From: a virus
Direction: 5' to 3' (one strand)
Virus record (IMG/VR): IMGVR_UViG_3300045993_000918
DNA length: 64,000 nucleotides
The position numbers and the translations under genes were made by a program. The notes under the pieces are model-generated. The model did not search any database. It was not told the DNA's origin and was given only the letters and a program-made list of their open reading frames with translations. Shown one piece after another: positions 18,961 to 27,209 of the stretch. The stretch's first letter is position 1; every line of letters starts with the position of its first letter.

Positions 18961-19260
18961 TCAGCGAGGGGCGTTCCGCCACTCGAAGAACGACGCGACC
19001 ACGGCCTCCGGCGTGGTCCGCCACTCCCGGCAGCAGACCCAGCAGACGCGGTCGGCCTGGGGCGCGAGCCGCGGGTGCACGCCGACCCAGTCGGCGTGGG
19101 TGAACTGGCGGCAGGCCGTGTGGCCCGGGTCGAGCGACGCGAGGTGCAGCTCGATCGGCTGCGACGGGATCCGGCGGACGAGCAGGATGCCGGTCTTCTC
19201 AGCCAGATCGGCTGCAGCGCGCTCACGGGTGAAGATCGTTGCGGTGCTTGGTGCGGGCAT
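18961..19260 (-). CDS. hypothetical protein (99 aa)
   Basis: Tail of track ORF 18961..19443; ATG 19260 preceded by AAGGAGGGG. Confidence 0.6.
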   Translation of the reverse strand: MPAPSTATIFTRERAAADLAEKTGILLVRRIPSQPIELHLASLDPGHTACRQFTHADWVGVHPRLAPQADRVCWVCCREWRTTPEAVVASFFEWRNAPR

Positions 19261-19316
19261 GGCCCCTCCTTGGGGGTTCGTCCCGGGCCACCTGTGCGGC
19301 CCGGGGGGTCTGTGGG

Positions 19317-19622
19317 TCAGAGCTCCCGGCGGGAGCGCTCGGTGTCGTCGGTGCGGCCGTTGTCGGCAGCGGCCCAGTCGACGAAGCCGCAGGAGCGGCA
19401 CTTCCCGTCCCGCATCACGTCGGTCCGGAAGCAGCGCTCGCACTGGCCGGGCTCGAGCTCGGGCGTCGGGCGGTCCGGCTGGGTGGGGCGCTGGGTCGCG
19501 GCCTGCAGGTCGTCGCAGAGCTTGTCGCAGCGGGCGCAGATCGGGACGCCGCCCAGGATCGGGTGCGGTCGCGTGAGCGTCGCCTCATTGTGGCAATTGA
19601 GGTACCACTGGCACTCGGCCAT
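19317..19622 (-). CDS. Cys-rich hypothetical protein (101 aa)
   Basis: MAECQWYLNCHNE...CARCDKLC...CERC...CRSCG. ATG 19622 in TGATG overlap. Confidence 0.6.
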   Translation of the reverse strand: MAECQWYLNCHNEATLTRPHPILGGVPICARCDKLCDDLQAATQRPTQPDRPTPELEPGQCERCFRTDVMRDGKCRSCGFVDWAAADNGRTDDTERSRREL

Positions 19623-19951
19623 CAGAGCTCGCCGATGACGGTCTGGCAGCGCGGGCAGTAGACCCAGCCGGTCGATTCGGTGAGCCGACCCGCGACGTGG
19701 ACGATCTCGCCGGGGTAGACACAGAACGCGCCGAGGTGGGCGCAGGACGCAGCGCGGGCAGTGCGCCCGAGGCGAGCCTTGAGCTCGGCGGCGCTCGGGC
19801 TGTGCGTCTCGGTGTAGTGCTTCGCGTAGCGTGCTGGGACGGTCGCGTTCTTCCGCTCCTCGATCCGCTCGCCGCACGCCGGGCAGGTCACGGCGTCCCC
19901 GTCGTCGACCCAGGTCGCGAACGGGACGCCGGTGGTGATCTTGGCGGTCAT
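19622..19951 (-). CDS. zinc-ribbon hypothetical protein (109 aa)
   Basis: ATG 19951 behind conserved leader CTGAGAGGAGCACCACC; CPACG...CPRC. Confidence 0.65.
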   Translation of the reverse strand: MTAKITTGVPFATWVDDGDAVTCPACGERIEERKNATVPARYAKHYTETHSPSAAELKARLGRTARAASCAHLGAFCVYPGEIVHVAGRLTESTGWVYCPRCQTVIGEL

Positions 19952-19995
19952 GGTGGTGCTCCTCTCAGCCGGTGGGCGTGCCCCACCGTGCCCCA

Positions 19996-20024
19996 ATTCA
20001 ATCACGCCGTTGCCTTCGAGGCAA
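19996..20024 (-). promoter_or_regulatory. promoter: -35 TTGCCT inside palindrome TTGCCTCGAAGGCAA, 17 nt, TGA-TTGAAT
   Basis: Followed by hairpin GGTGGGGCACGCCCACC and CTGAGAGGAGCACCACC-ATG. Confidence 0.5.
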
Positions 20025-20034
20025 GCCGGGGTGC

Positions 20035-20700
20035 TCAAGGCGCGAGCAGCGGGTGCTCCGCCGAGGCGATCAGCTCGAACCCTTCCGGCCCGGCGCCGAT
20101 CGCCGGGAGCTCCGGGCGGTGCAGCCGGATCGGCTCGATCGAGGGCTCGACGGTGGCGAACCGCGGATCCTGCGGGAGCTGGATCAGCCAGCCGCGCTGA
20201 AGGTCGGCCAGCGTCTCGCGCAGCAGCCGGATGCCCATCGGGAAGAGCGCCTCGGCCCACAGGTCGCTGGGGGTCCAGCGCGGGTCGACGTGGCAGAAGT
20301 CCTGCTTCGCGATCGGGCCGGTGTCGACCCCGGCGTCGGCGTAGAACCAGGTGAACCCGGTGACCGGGTCGCCCATCCGGACGGTCCACTCGACGCTCGA
20401 GCGCCCACGGTGCCGCGGGAGCAGGGAGGGGTGCCCGACCAGCGCACCGAGCCGGGTCGCCGCTCGGCTGTCCTTCCCGATGTAGGCGTGACAGTGTGCC
20501 GCGACGATCAGGTCGGCCTGCACCATCTTTACCCAGGCCGGGTGGAGCTCCGGCGCCCAGCTGAGGCCGTGGCGACCCGCAGCGTCATGCAGCTTGTCGT
20601 CGAGCGGCGCGACCACGCCGACGACTGCGTGCCCGTCCTTGAGCACCTGCTCGAGCGCGGCGACGCCGAACGACTTCGTGCCTGCAACGATGACCCTCAT
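20035..20700 (-). CDS. formyltransferase (Fmt/PurN/ArnA-like N-terminal domain)
   Basis: MRVIVAGTKSFG...HPSLLPRHRGRSSVEW...DAGVDTGPI motifs; SD AAGAGGTAGGGG. Confidence 0.7.
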   Translation of the reverse strand: MRVIVAGTKSFGVAALEQVLKDGHAVVGVVAPLDDKLHDAAGRHGLSWAPELHPAWVKMVQADLIVAAHCHAYIGKDSRAATRLGALVGHPSLLPRHRGRSSVEWTVRMGDPVTGFTWFYADAGVDTGPIAKQDFCHVDPRWTPSDLWAEALFPMGIRLLRETLADLQRGWLIQLPQDPRFATVEPSIEPIRLHRPELPAIGAGPEGFELIASAEHPLLAP

Positions 20701-20705
20701 GACCC

Positions 20706-21233
20706 CTACCTCTTGTACCTGAACCCGGCGACGCTTCTCCAATGGCCTCCAAACTCCATCTTCAAGTCCTTGCTCACCCGGCTCCCGGCCCCGCCGATCA
20801 GCTTCTGGCTGACCTGGTGCCAGTCCGGGTTCCGACGCAGCGCAGCGCAGAGCGCGGGGTGCGCGGTGTGCATCAGCGTCGGGACGGGCGAGCCGATGAA
20901 GCCGTCGCCGAGGAACTCGCGCTCAGCCAGGTGGTTCAGGAACCGCAGGCCCACGCCAGCACCCTGCCACTCCGGGTGCGTCACCATCCGGCAGGCTCGG
21001 GCGATCCGACGCTGGCCCGCCCAGAACCCGCTCATCCCGAGGAAGACGACCGGGTCGCCGCTGACCGCCTCGAACCCGGTGTAGGCGGTGCTGAACGGCA
21101 TCGGCTTCGCGTCGTGGAGGTAGTGGTGGTAGCGCGCCCACTCGAACCATGGACCCCAGCCCGTCTCGACCACCTCGAGCACGATCGGCTCGCGCTGGAA
21201 GATCTCGGGCGCCGCGAGCACCAGCTGCGTCAT
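20706..21233 (-). CDS. GNAT-like acetyltransferase
   Basis: 175 aa; THPEWQGAGVGLRFLNHL (Q/RxxGxG-type acetyl-CoA loop); ATGA overlap with ATPase stop. Confidence 0.55.
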   Translation of the reverse strand: MTQLVLAAPEIFQREPIVLEVVETGWGPWFEWARYHHYLHDAKPMPFSTAYTGFEAVSGDPVVFLGMSGFWAGQRRIARACRMVTHPEWQGAGVGLRFLNHLAEREFLGDGFIGSPVPTLMHTAHPALCAALRRNPDWHQVSQKLIGGAGSRVSKDLKMEFGGHWRSVAGFRYKR

Positions 21234-21922
21234 GCGACCACCTGGCCGACCGTGGGTGAGTCGAAGCCGTCGCGGCGCGTGACCGTCGGCTCGACGGCCG
21301 ACCAGTCGTCGCCTACGGTCGGGACGCCCTCGAGGCTCGTGCGCAGCACCCAGTCGGGCTGGAGCCAGGGCAGGATGTCGTCGTGCGGGGTCAGCATGAC
21401 GATCCGGCGTTCCTCCCCGCGACGCCACGCCTTCGCGAATGCGCCCGCCCCCACACGTGCGACGTTCCGGTCCAGCACGCTGGTGAACTCGTCGAACCAG
21501 ACCCGGTCCGGACGGTCGGCGAGCAGCCGGGCGAGCTCGGCGCGGTACTTCTCGCCGTTCGAGAGGACGTGGTAGGGCCGGAGCCACGAAGGTACCGTTC
21601 CGAGGCCGACGGAGGCCAGCACGGACGTCACGGCGTCGAAGTCGCCGTCGGGGGCGATCGCGTCGATGAGGGCCGAAGAAGGCCACGGTTCGGAGCCCCA
21701 CTCGGTCCAGCCCTCGGCGCTCAGCGCCCGGCCGACGCTGGTCTTCCCCGAGCCGGACGGCCCGACGACGACGCCGATCCGCCAGCCGTCCTCCTCGACC
21801 GGGATCTCGACGTCGAAGCAGAACTCCGCACCCATGCTCTCTTGGACGTTGAAAAGCCCCAGCGCGCGGTCGACGCGGTAAGAGCGCGGGAGCTCCAGGC
21901 GGTTCCGTACCTCGATCCTCAT
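21230..21922 (-). CDS. ABC-type ATPase
   Basis: Walker A GPSGSGKT, signature-like LSNGEKYRAELARLL, Walker B VWFDEF; TGATG overlap with ParB-like stop. Confidence 0.7.
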   Translation of the reverse strand: MRIEVRNRLELPRSYRVDRALGLFNVQESMGAEFCFDVEIPVEEDGWRIGVVVGPSGSGKTSVGRALSAEGWTEWGSEPWPSSALIDAIAPDGDFDAVTSVLASVGLGTVPSWLRPYHVLSNGEKYRAELARLLADRPDRVWFDEFTSVLDRNVARVGAGAFAKAWRRGEERRIVMLTPHDDILPWLQPDWVLRTSLEGVPTVGDDWSAVEPTVTRRDGFDSPTVGQVVA

Positions 21923-22494
21923 CAGATCGCCACGACGCGGACGGTCAGCCCTTCGGCCACGAATCGGTCGTAGAGCTCGCGCTGGTGGTCCTCGTCGCGG
22001 CACTCGATCACCAGGCCGAACTGGCGCTCGAAGTCCTCGTCGTCAGGCTCGGGCACGATCTTCTCGTCCTCGTCGACGAACACCGCGAGCTCCTCGAGGT
22101 CGACGTCGAAGCCCGTGCCGGTCAGGTCGCCGAGCTCCTCGAGCACGCGGTCGAGGATGTCGCGGTTGTAGCCCGCCCGGTCGGAGGTGGCGTTGTCCGC
22201 GAGCAGAATCCGGATCGCCTCGACGTCGTCGGCGACCACGACCATGCACGGGACCTCCGCGATCCCCTTGCGCCGGGCAGACTCGACCCGGCCGTGCCCG
22301 GCGAGGATCTGCCAGGCCTGGGCGGGGAGGCCGTCGTCGGCCGGGAGCTCGCGGACGGTGACGGTGCCGTAGAAGTCGTTGGTCTCCATCGAGCTGTCGA
22401 TCGCGGCCTCGTCATGAGTGCGCGGGTTGTCCGGGTGCGGGACCAGCTGCACGATCGGGAGGGTCAGGAACTGCTGCTCACGGATGACTGCCAT
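21922..22494 (-). CDS. ParB/Srx-like N-terminal (nuclease) domain protein
   Basis: LVPHPDNPRTHDE...LAGHGRVESARRKG motif. ATG 6 nt downstream of TGATAGACT. Confidence 0.7.
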   Translation of the reverse strand: MAVIREQQFLTLPIVQLVPHPDNPRTHDEAAIDSSMETNDFYGTVTVRELPADDGLPAQAWQILAGHGRVESARRKGIAEVPCMVVVADDVEAIRILLADNATSDRAGYNRDILDRVLEELGDLTGTGFDVDLEELAVFVDEDEKIVPEPDDEDFERQFGLVIECRDEDHQRELYDRFVAEGLTVRVVAI

Positions 22495-22500
22495 GACGCC

Positions 22501-22509
22501 AGTCTATCA
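22501..22509 (-). promoter_or_regulatory. extended -10 TGATAGACT, leaderless
   Basis: 6 nt upstream of ATG 22494. Confidence 0.45.
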
Positions 22510-22532
22510 TGCCTAGCGGGCACTCTGTAACC

Positions 22533-22781
22533 CTACGACGACCGCGGTTGCACCAGGTCGACGTACCCGTCGCGGATGAGCATCGTGATGTTCGCGCACG
22601 AGGCGCAGGTGATCCGGTCGTGCACCGTCACAGGAGCCGGGACCAAGTCGGTCCGGATCCCGCATAGGGTGCGGCCAGCCCCCATGATCGAGACATGGAG
22701 CTGGCCGCGGTACCCATCCTGGAGGTAGATCGTCCCGACCGTAGGTCGGGCCATCTGCCCTGTCTTCGGTATCCTGCCCAT
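22533..22781 (-). CDS. hypothetical protein (82 aa)
   Basis: Track ORF, plausible composition, abuts upstream stop. Confidence 0.55.
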   Translation of the reverse strand: MGRIPKTGQMARPTVGTIYLQDGYRGQLHVSIMGAGRTLCGIRTDLVPAPVTVHDRITCASCANITMLIRDGYVDLVQPRSS

Positions 22782-23638
22782 TACCCGCCCGTGCTCCCGA
22801 ACCCACGTTCACCGCGACCGTCCCCGGGGACGGCGGCGAACTCCTCCGGCGTAGCCCAGCTTGCGAAGTACTGGTTCGCGACGAGGTCGTGGAGGATCAG
22901 CTGCGCAACGCGCTCGCCAGCCTCCAGTATCACCTGCGTCGGAGACAGGTTCCGGACTCCGGCGAACAGCGGCCCGCGGTACCCCTGGTCGATGACCCCG
23001 TCGGCGACGAGCAGGCCCTTCCGCCGCAGCGTCGAGCTCCGACCGGTGATCCGCGCCCAGACCCCGGGCGGGAGGGCCGCGCGGACGCCGCACGGGACGT
23101 CAACGAATGAGTCGTGCCGGACCACGGTGCGCTCCGCGACGTAGAGGTCGAAGGCAGCGTCGCCCTCGTAGGCCCGGGTCGGGAGCACCGCGTCCGGATA
23201 GTCCGGCTCGGCCATGAACCGGAGCGGCTCACCAGCCAGCGCGGCAGTCTGCTCCCCGACCCAGGCCGCGAGACCGGGGGCGGAGGCGGTGCTGAACGGG
23301 AACCGGCGGCAGTCGGTCGCCGACCAGAGGTTCCCGTCCGCGACCACGGCGACGGGCTTCAGCATCGAGCGGGCGGCCTCGATCTCGCGCCCGACCCCGA
23401 GCGTCGGGATCCCCGGCGGGAGCAGCGCGACGACCACGTCGGCGGACCGCAGCGCCTCACGGTTGACGCGCTCGAGCCGAGGGTCCGGGGAGACCTGCGG
23501 GTGGACCAGGAACGCGCGCTCCGGACGGTAGACCAGGTGCTCCTGGAACCGAAGCTCGGAATCGATCTCGTCGAGGACGTGGTGCCAGCCGTCATCCTCT
23601 CCGGACCGGTCGACGGGTCGCGCCCTGTAGACGAACAT
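22781..23638 (-). CDS. fusion: nucleoside 2-deoxyribosyltransferase-like domain + trimeric dUTPase/dCTP deaminase-fold domain
   Basis: N-terminal ADVVVALLPPGIPTLGVGREIEAARSMLKPV (NDT/Rcl-like pattern). C-terminal GVIDQGYRGPLFAGVRN...GERVAQLIL...GERGFGSTG (dUTPase motifs). Confidence 0.65.
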   Translation of the reverse strand: MFVYRARPVDRSGEDDGWHHVLDEIDSELRFQEHLVYRPERAFLVHPQVSPDPRLERVNREALRSADVVVALLPPGIPTLGVGREIEAARSMLKPVAVVADGNLWSATDCRRFPFSTASAPGLAAWVGEQTAALAGEPLRFMAEPDYPDAVLPTRAYEGDAAFDLYVAERTVVRHDSFVDVPCGVRAALPPGVWARITGRSSTLRRKGLLVADGVIDQGYRGPLFAGVRNLSPTQVILEAGERVAQLILHDLVANQYFASWATPEEFAAVPGDGRGERGFGSTGG

Positions 23639-23943
23639 CAGGCCACCAGACCTTCGACCCGGGAGCAGAGCTGGTCCGAGAGAGCCTCGAGCTCGAACGG
23701 AGTGGTGCCGGGGTGGATCCTCGTCCGCTCGTGCTCCTCGTGGAACGCAGAGCGACCGCCAGGCCGCACCCAGGTGTCCACCACGAACTCACCCCCAGCG
23801 TACGCAGTCCGGACCCAGATCTCGCCGCTCGGATTGACCAGCTCGCCCGCGCTGTTCGCGTGGACGAACCCACAGGCGAGCAGCCTGTTGCGGAAGCCCT
23901 TGACCATCGCGGCGAGCCGCTCCGTCTGCTCCGTCGATCCCAT
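23638..23943 (-). CDS. hypothetical protein (101 aa)
   Basis: Track ORF; SD AGGAGTAAC. Confidence 0.6.
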   Translation of the reverse strand: MGSTEQTERLAAMVKGFRNRLLACGFVHANSAGELVNPSGEIWVRTAYAGGEFVVDTWVRPGGRSAFHEEHERTRIHPGTTPFELEALSDQLCSRVEGLVA

Positions 23944-24029
23944 GTTACTCCTAGCTCCGGCCCCGCAGCGTCCTGACGCGCAGGGCGTGTTGTACGACCC
24001 ATCCTAGCTGCCTGGCCGGGGATTCCGCC

Positions 24030-24356
24030 TCAGAGCACGCTGTGGTACTCCTCGTGGTAAGCCCGGGCGGCCCGCGAGAGCTGGATCCGATAGATCCCCT
24101 CGACGTACCTGGTGGCCGTCGCGGCGTCGCCCGCCTCCCACGCCCTCCGAGCCTCTTCGTACTTGGCCGGATCGCCGGTCTTGGCGAACAGCAGCGCCGC
24201 CCACACCGTCATCCCCGGGTGCATCGGCGTACGCTCACGCAGCCGCCGCATCGTCCAGTGGTAGAGCCAGTTCGGCAGCTGGTTCGCCGCCTGCGACTTC
24301 GCGATGAGGATCGCCTCAGCGTAGTCACGCTCGGTGACCTCACTCTCGTCAGCCAT
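24030..24356 (-). CDS. hypothetical protein (108 aa)
   Basis: Track ORF, overlaps upstream gene end. Confidence 0.6.
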   Translation of the reverse strand: MADESEVTERDYAEAILIAKSQAANQLPNWLYHWTMRRLRERTPMHPGMTVWAALLFAKTGDPAKYEEARRAWEAGDAATATRYVEGIYRIQLSRAARAYHEEYHSVL

Positions 24357-24630
24357 TGGTCCCCTCCTCCTCTCGCCGAGCGATCGATGCGTTGGCGAAG
24401 AACACGACCTCGTCGAGGTGCGTGAGTGCGAGCGCCTGCTCCCGGCTGGCGGGGGTCAGCTCCACGATCAGCCGGGCCAGGTGCAGCGCCCCGGAGCGGA
24501 GCGCGACGTAGCGCTCGGGCTGATCGCCCGTCGGTGCGTGGTAGCTGAACCGCGTGAGCAGCTCCTCGTCGGTCAGGAGCGCGTCAGTCCGGATGGTGAC
24601 CTCCACCGGGATCTTCGGCATCTGGGCCAT
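24349..24630 (-). CDS. hypothetical protein (93 aa)
   Basis: ATG 24630 in TGATG overlap; FSYHAPTGDQPERYVALR...SREQALALTHLDEVVFFANASIAR. Confidence 0.6.
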   Translation of the reverse strand: MAQMPKIPVEVTIRTDALLTDEELLTRFSYHAPTGDQPERYVALRSGALHLARLIVELTPASREQALALTHLDEVVFFANASIARREEEGTNG

Positions 24631-24887
24631 CAGACTACCTCCTCGTACGTGGCCTCGAAGATCTCGGGCTTGCACGGGTAGAACTCGCCCGCGACGCCGC
24701 AGATGATCCAGTCACCGAGGTCGGCGCGCATCGGCCCCTCGAGCGTCTGGATTAGCAGGAACGCGACGCGGTTGCCCTCCTTGACCATCGATGCCCCACA
24801 CCACTCAACGAGTGGCGCGTACGGCTGCTCGACCCGGCGGGCCTCGATCACGACCGGCAGCTTCCGGAACCGGCCCATCACGGCCAC
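24630..24887 (-). CDS. hypothetical protein (85 aa)
   Basis: Track ORF; KLPVVIEARRV...GDWIICGVAGEFYPCKPEIFEATYE. Confidence 0.6.
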   Translation of the reverse strand: MAVMGRFRKLPVVIEARRVEQPYAPLVEWCGASMVKEGNRVAFLLIQTLEGPMRADLGDWIICGVAGEFYPCKPEIFEATYEEVV

Positions 24888-25261
24888 CTCCCCGTCTCTC
24901 GTGCGAACATCGCCATCGAGGCGTACACCAGCGTGTCGCTCCAGGTGTCGAAGCTCGGCGTCTTGCCCTTGAGCATCGCATCGGCGACGCGCTGCACCTT
25001 CCCGTAGACGTAGAGGAAGCAGCCGATCTCGACGGCCTCCCGCTCCTCGATCTCGCGGCCCTGGCCGCGGGCGAAGATCCGGCCCATCTCGACCAGCGAG
25101 TTAGTCCCGTACTCCTCAGCCTTCGCCGCGATCGTCGGCGCGTTCGCGTCGACCCAGGCGTGGAACCAGTCCGGGTACGCGACCGGCGGGGCGACGACCC
25201 CGGTGATCGCGGACGGGTGCCGGGTCATCGACTCCGACCGCATGCCCTCCTCGTCCGTCAC
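24878..25261 (-). CDS. MazG-like all-alpha NTP pyrophosphohydrolase candidate (MazZ-like)
   Basis: 127 aa, GTGA-coupled to the purA-like gene. Acidic helix motifs AEEYG, EIEEREAVE, DTWSD. Assignment is by pattern and context only. Confidence 0.4.
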   Translation of the reverse strand: MTDEEGMRSESMTRHPSAITGVVAPPVAYPDWFHAWVDANAPTIAAKAEEYGTNSLVEMGRIFARGQGREIEEREAVEIGCFLYVYGKVQRVADAMLKGKTPSFDTWSDTLVYASMAMFARETGRWP

Positions 25262-26340
25262 AGCCAGGCCGATGGGTTGTAGACGCTCATCGTGTTCGGG
25301 CCCGTACCGACCAGCGCGACCGGCGCGGCAGCCTCGATCGCGATCGTGTCGAGGAAGTCGCGGTGCGTCTCCTTGAACTCGTCCGGCCGGGCATCACGCA
25401 GCTCCGGGTACTTCTGGTCGAGCATCGAGAGCGCGAGCACGACGTCGCGGCTCGGGCCGCCGTTCGCGCGCACCGCCTGGCTGACCCAGTCGGCGTCCCA
25501 GTCCCCGACGCGACGCACCTTCTTCGTCACCGTGGTCAGCTCCTCGGGCAGCCCGAGCGCCTCCCAGGTCGTCTCGGACGCGAGGTATCCGCTGTTGCCC
25601 GCGACGCGGATCGGATAGACCCGCACGACGACCACGACGCGGACCCGGCTCACGCCCTCGGCCCACGGGCTGACCCCGGCCATCGAGAGGAAGTCGATCG
25701 CCCGGCAGTCCGCCGTGGTGCACTTCGGGTAGTGCCCGGCGTGCAGCCCGAGCTGGTAGCCCTGGACGCCCTCGATCACGACGTGCCAGCCCTCGCTCAG
25801 GCGCCGGGAGAGCAGCGCCGCGGTGTTGACCACCCGGCCGGGCACCCCGCCGTTGACGGCGAAGTCGCCGATCAGCCGGGCGCCGCGCAGCATCCGGTCC
25901 GCCCGAGCGGCGCCGACGCCCTTCGCCGTCGAACCGATCGCCTTGTGCAGGTCGAGCGCAGCCTCGGTGTCCTTGTGCTTCTGCTCGATCACCGTCGACT
26001 CCGGGTCGACCCAGAGCCGATCCGCGATCCGGTGCCCGGCGGCCTCGAGCTCGGAGACCTCGGACCGGAGCACGTCGAGGTCGATCTCGGACCCGGCGGC
26101 GATCACCAGCGCGGCGTTCGGGTTGACGAAGCTGACGGGCACGTGCCGGAGTGGCCAGGCGCGGCCGGAGTCGTCGTAGACCGTGTGCCCAGCCTGGCTC
26201 CCCCCGACCCGCACCCCGACATGCGGGGTCTTCGAGCTCGCGTCCTCGTAGGCGAGGAAGCCGGTCGCGGCCCCCTTCGCCTCCGAGCCCGCCTGGCCGC
26301 CTACCACCACGGTGATCAGGCCCTGTCGTGAGATGGTCAT
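25258..26340 (-). CDS. purZ: short adenylosuccinate synthetase homologue, PurZ candidate
   Basis: 360 aa. Aligns by eye to PurA: GGQAGSEAKGA vs GDEGKGK P-loop (Asp to Ser), GGSQAGHTV, IGSTAKGVG, IEGVQGYQLG..GHYP, TTVTKKVRRVGDWD, VGTGPN. SD AGGAGGA. Confidence 0.7.
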   Translation of the reverse strand: MTISRQGLITVVVGGQAGSEAKGAATGFLAYEDASSKTPHVGVRVGGSQAGHTVYDDSGRAWPLRHVPVSFVNPNAALVIAAGSEIDLDVLRSEVSELEAAGHRIADRLWVDPESTVIEQKHKDTEAALDLHKAIGSTAKGVGAARADRMLRGARLIGDFAVNGGVPGRVVNTAALLSRRLSEGWHVVIEGVQGYQLGLHAGHYPKCTTADCRAIDFLSMAGVSPWAEGVSRVRVVVVVRVYPIRVAGNSGYLASETTWEALGLPEELTTVTKKVRRVGDWDADWVSQAVRANGGPSRDVVLALSMLDQKYPELRDARPDEFKETHRDFLDTIAIEAAAPVALVGTGPNTMSVYNPSAWL

Positions 26341-26371
26341 CAGTCCTCCTGCTAGGGGCGGTCGGGAACAG

Positions 26372-26406
26372 CCCGGCCCGGCCCCAATCGTAGCAGCCGG
26401 GCCGGG
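26372..26406 (-). promoter_or_regulatory. perfect 11-bp stem-loop in purZ leader
   Basis: cccggcccggc / gccgggccggg arms, 13-nt loop, about 30 nt upstream of ATG 26340. Confidence 0.6.
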
Positions 26407-26417
26407 ACTCTAGCTCG

Positions 26418-26426
26418 AGGCTACCA
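26418..26426 (-). promoter_or_regulatory. extended -10 TGGTAGCCT upstream of purZ candidate
   Basis: Overlaps the stop of the upstream gene. Transcript would begin just before the 11-bp hairpin at 26372..26406. Confidence 0.35.
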
Positions 26427-27020
26427 GCACTGCTTCGGCGGGTAGCTCCAGTTCGAGCGCCCCTTGCCACCAGCGAAGAGCTTGTAGAACGCGGCGTCCT
26501 GGATCGCGCTCGAGTAGTCCTTCGCCGAGCCGGGCAGGCCGGTCACGGCCCGCCAGGTCGAGTCGATGAACTGGTACGCGCCAGACGCACTCGAGTAGCG
26601 ATTCTGCGCCCGGTAGTTCCCGTGGCTCTCCCGGGCAACGATGCAGCGCCGGACCGCCTCGACCCAGGCCGAGCCGCGCGCCGCTGGCGGCAGCGCCTTC
26701 GGCTTCTGGACGACCTTCTTCTTCTGCTGGACGACCGCCTCCTTGACCGCGGGCCTCGGAGCGGCCTTCTTCGCCGCGGGCGCGACCACGGCCACCCGCG
26801 TGGTCGTTCGCGAGGCGGGCGGTGCGAGCCGCAGGCGGGCGACCGGGTCCGGCACGAGGTCCGGGGACGCCCCGTCGTACACCACGTTGGGGGTCTCGGC
26901 GGCCTGAGCGACCTGGGTCGGGCCGTCGGGCCCGAGGGCCGCCCCGAGAACGACGAAAGCCCCGGCGACTGCGATCGCGGCCAGGGCCTTCGGGGAGCGA
27001 ACAGAGCTGTGTACCTTCAC
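26421..27020 (-). CDS. secreted peptidoglycan hydrolase, Rpf/transglycosylase-like C-terminal domain
   Basis: GTG 27020 after GAGGAAGAGG. N-terminal signal/TM ALAAIAVAGAFVVLGAA. C-terminal CIVARESHGNYRAQNRYSSASGAYQFIDSTW. Confidence 0.65.
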   Translation of the reverse strand: MKVHSSVRSPKALAAIAVAGAFVVLGAALGPDGPTQVAQAAETPNVVYDGASPDLVPDPVARLRLAPPASRTTTRVAVVAPAAKKAAPRPAVKEAVVQQKKKVVQKPKALPPAARGSAWVEAVRRCIVARESHGNYRAQNRYSSASGAYQFIDSTWRAVTGLPGSAKDYSSAIQDAAFYKLFAGGKGRSNWSYPPKQCW

Positions 27021-27200
27021 TTCGACCTCTTCCTCGTGGCCGACGCTGACCCTGAGGCACGGTCCCGCGAGGTACCGCGCCCGGTTCGAATGCTCGCGTT
27101 CACGATGAGCAGAGATGGGCCAGCGTCGACGTGCGAGGGTGGCCGGTCGGTTGACCGACCACCGCCGAACCCGCGGTAGCAAGCCCGCGGGGACTCACCC

Positions 27201-27209
27201 AGCCTACCA
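27201..27209 (-). promoter_or_regulatory. extended -10 TGGTAGGCT
   Basis: Starts the leader of about 175 nt for the Rpf-like gene. Confidence 0.4.

Noticed and set aside
26372-26406. Rho-independent terminator between the Rpf-like gene and purZ
   Set aside because: The perfect 11-bp hairpin has no U-tract after it. It lies downstream of a TGGTAGCCT -10 and about 30 nt before the purZ start, like the leader hairpins of the other promoters. I kept it as a leader or processing structure, but a terminator or attenuator role is not excluded.
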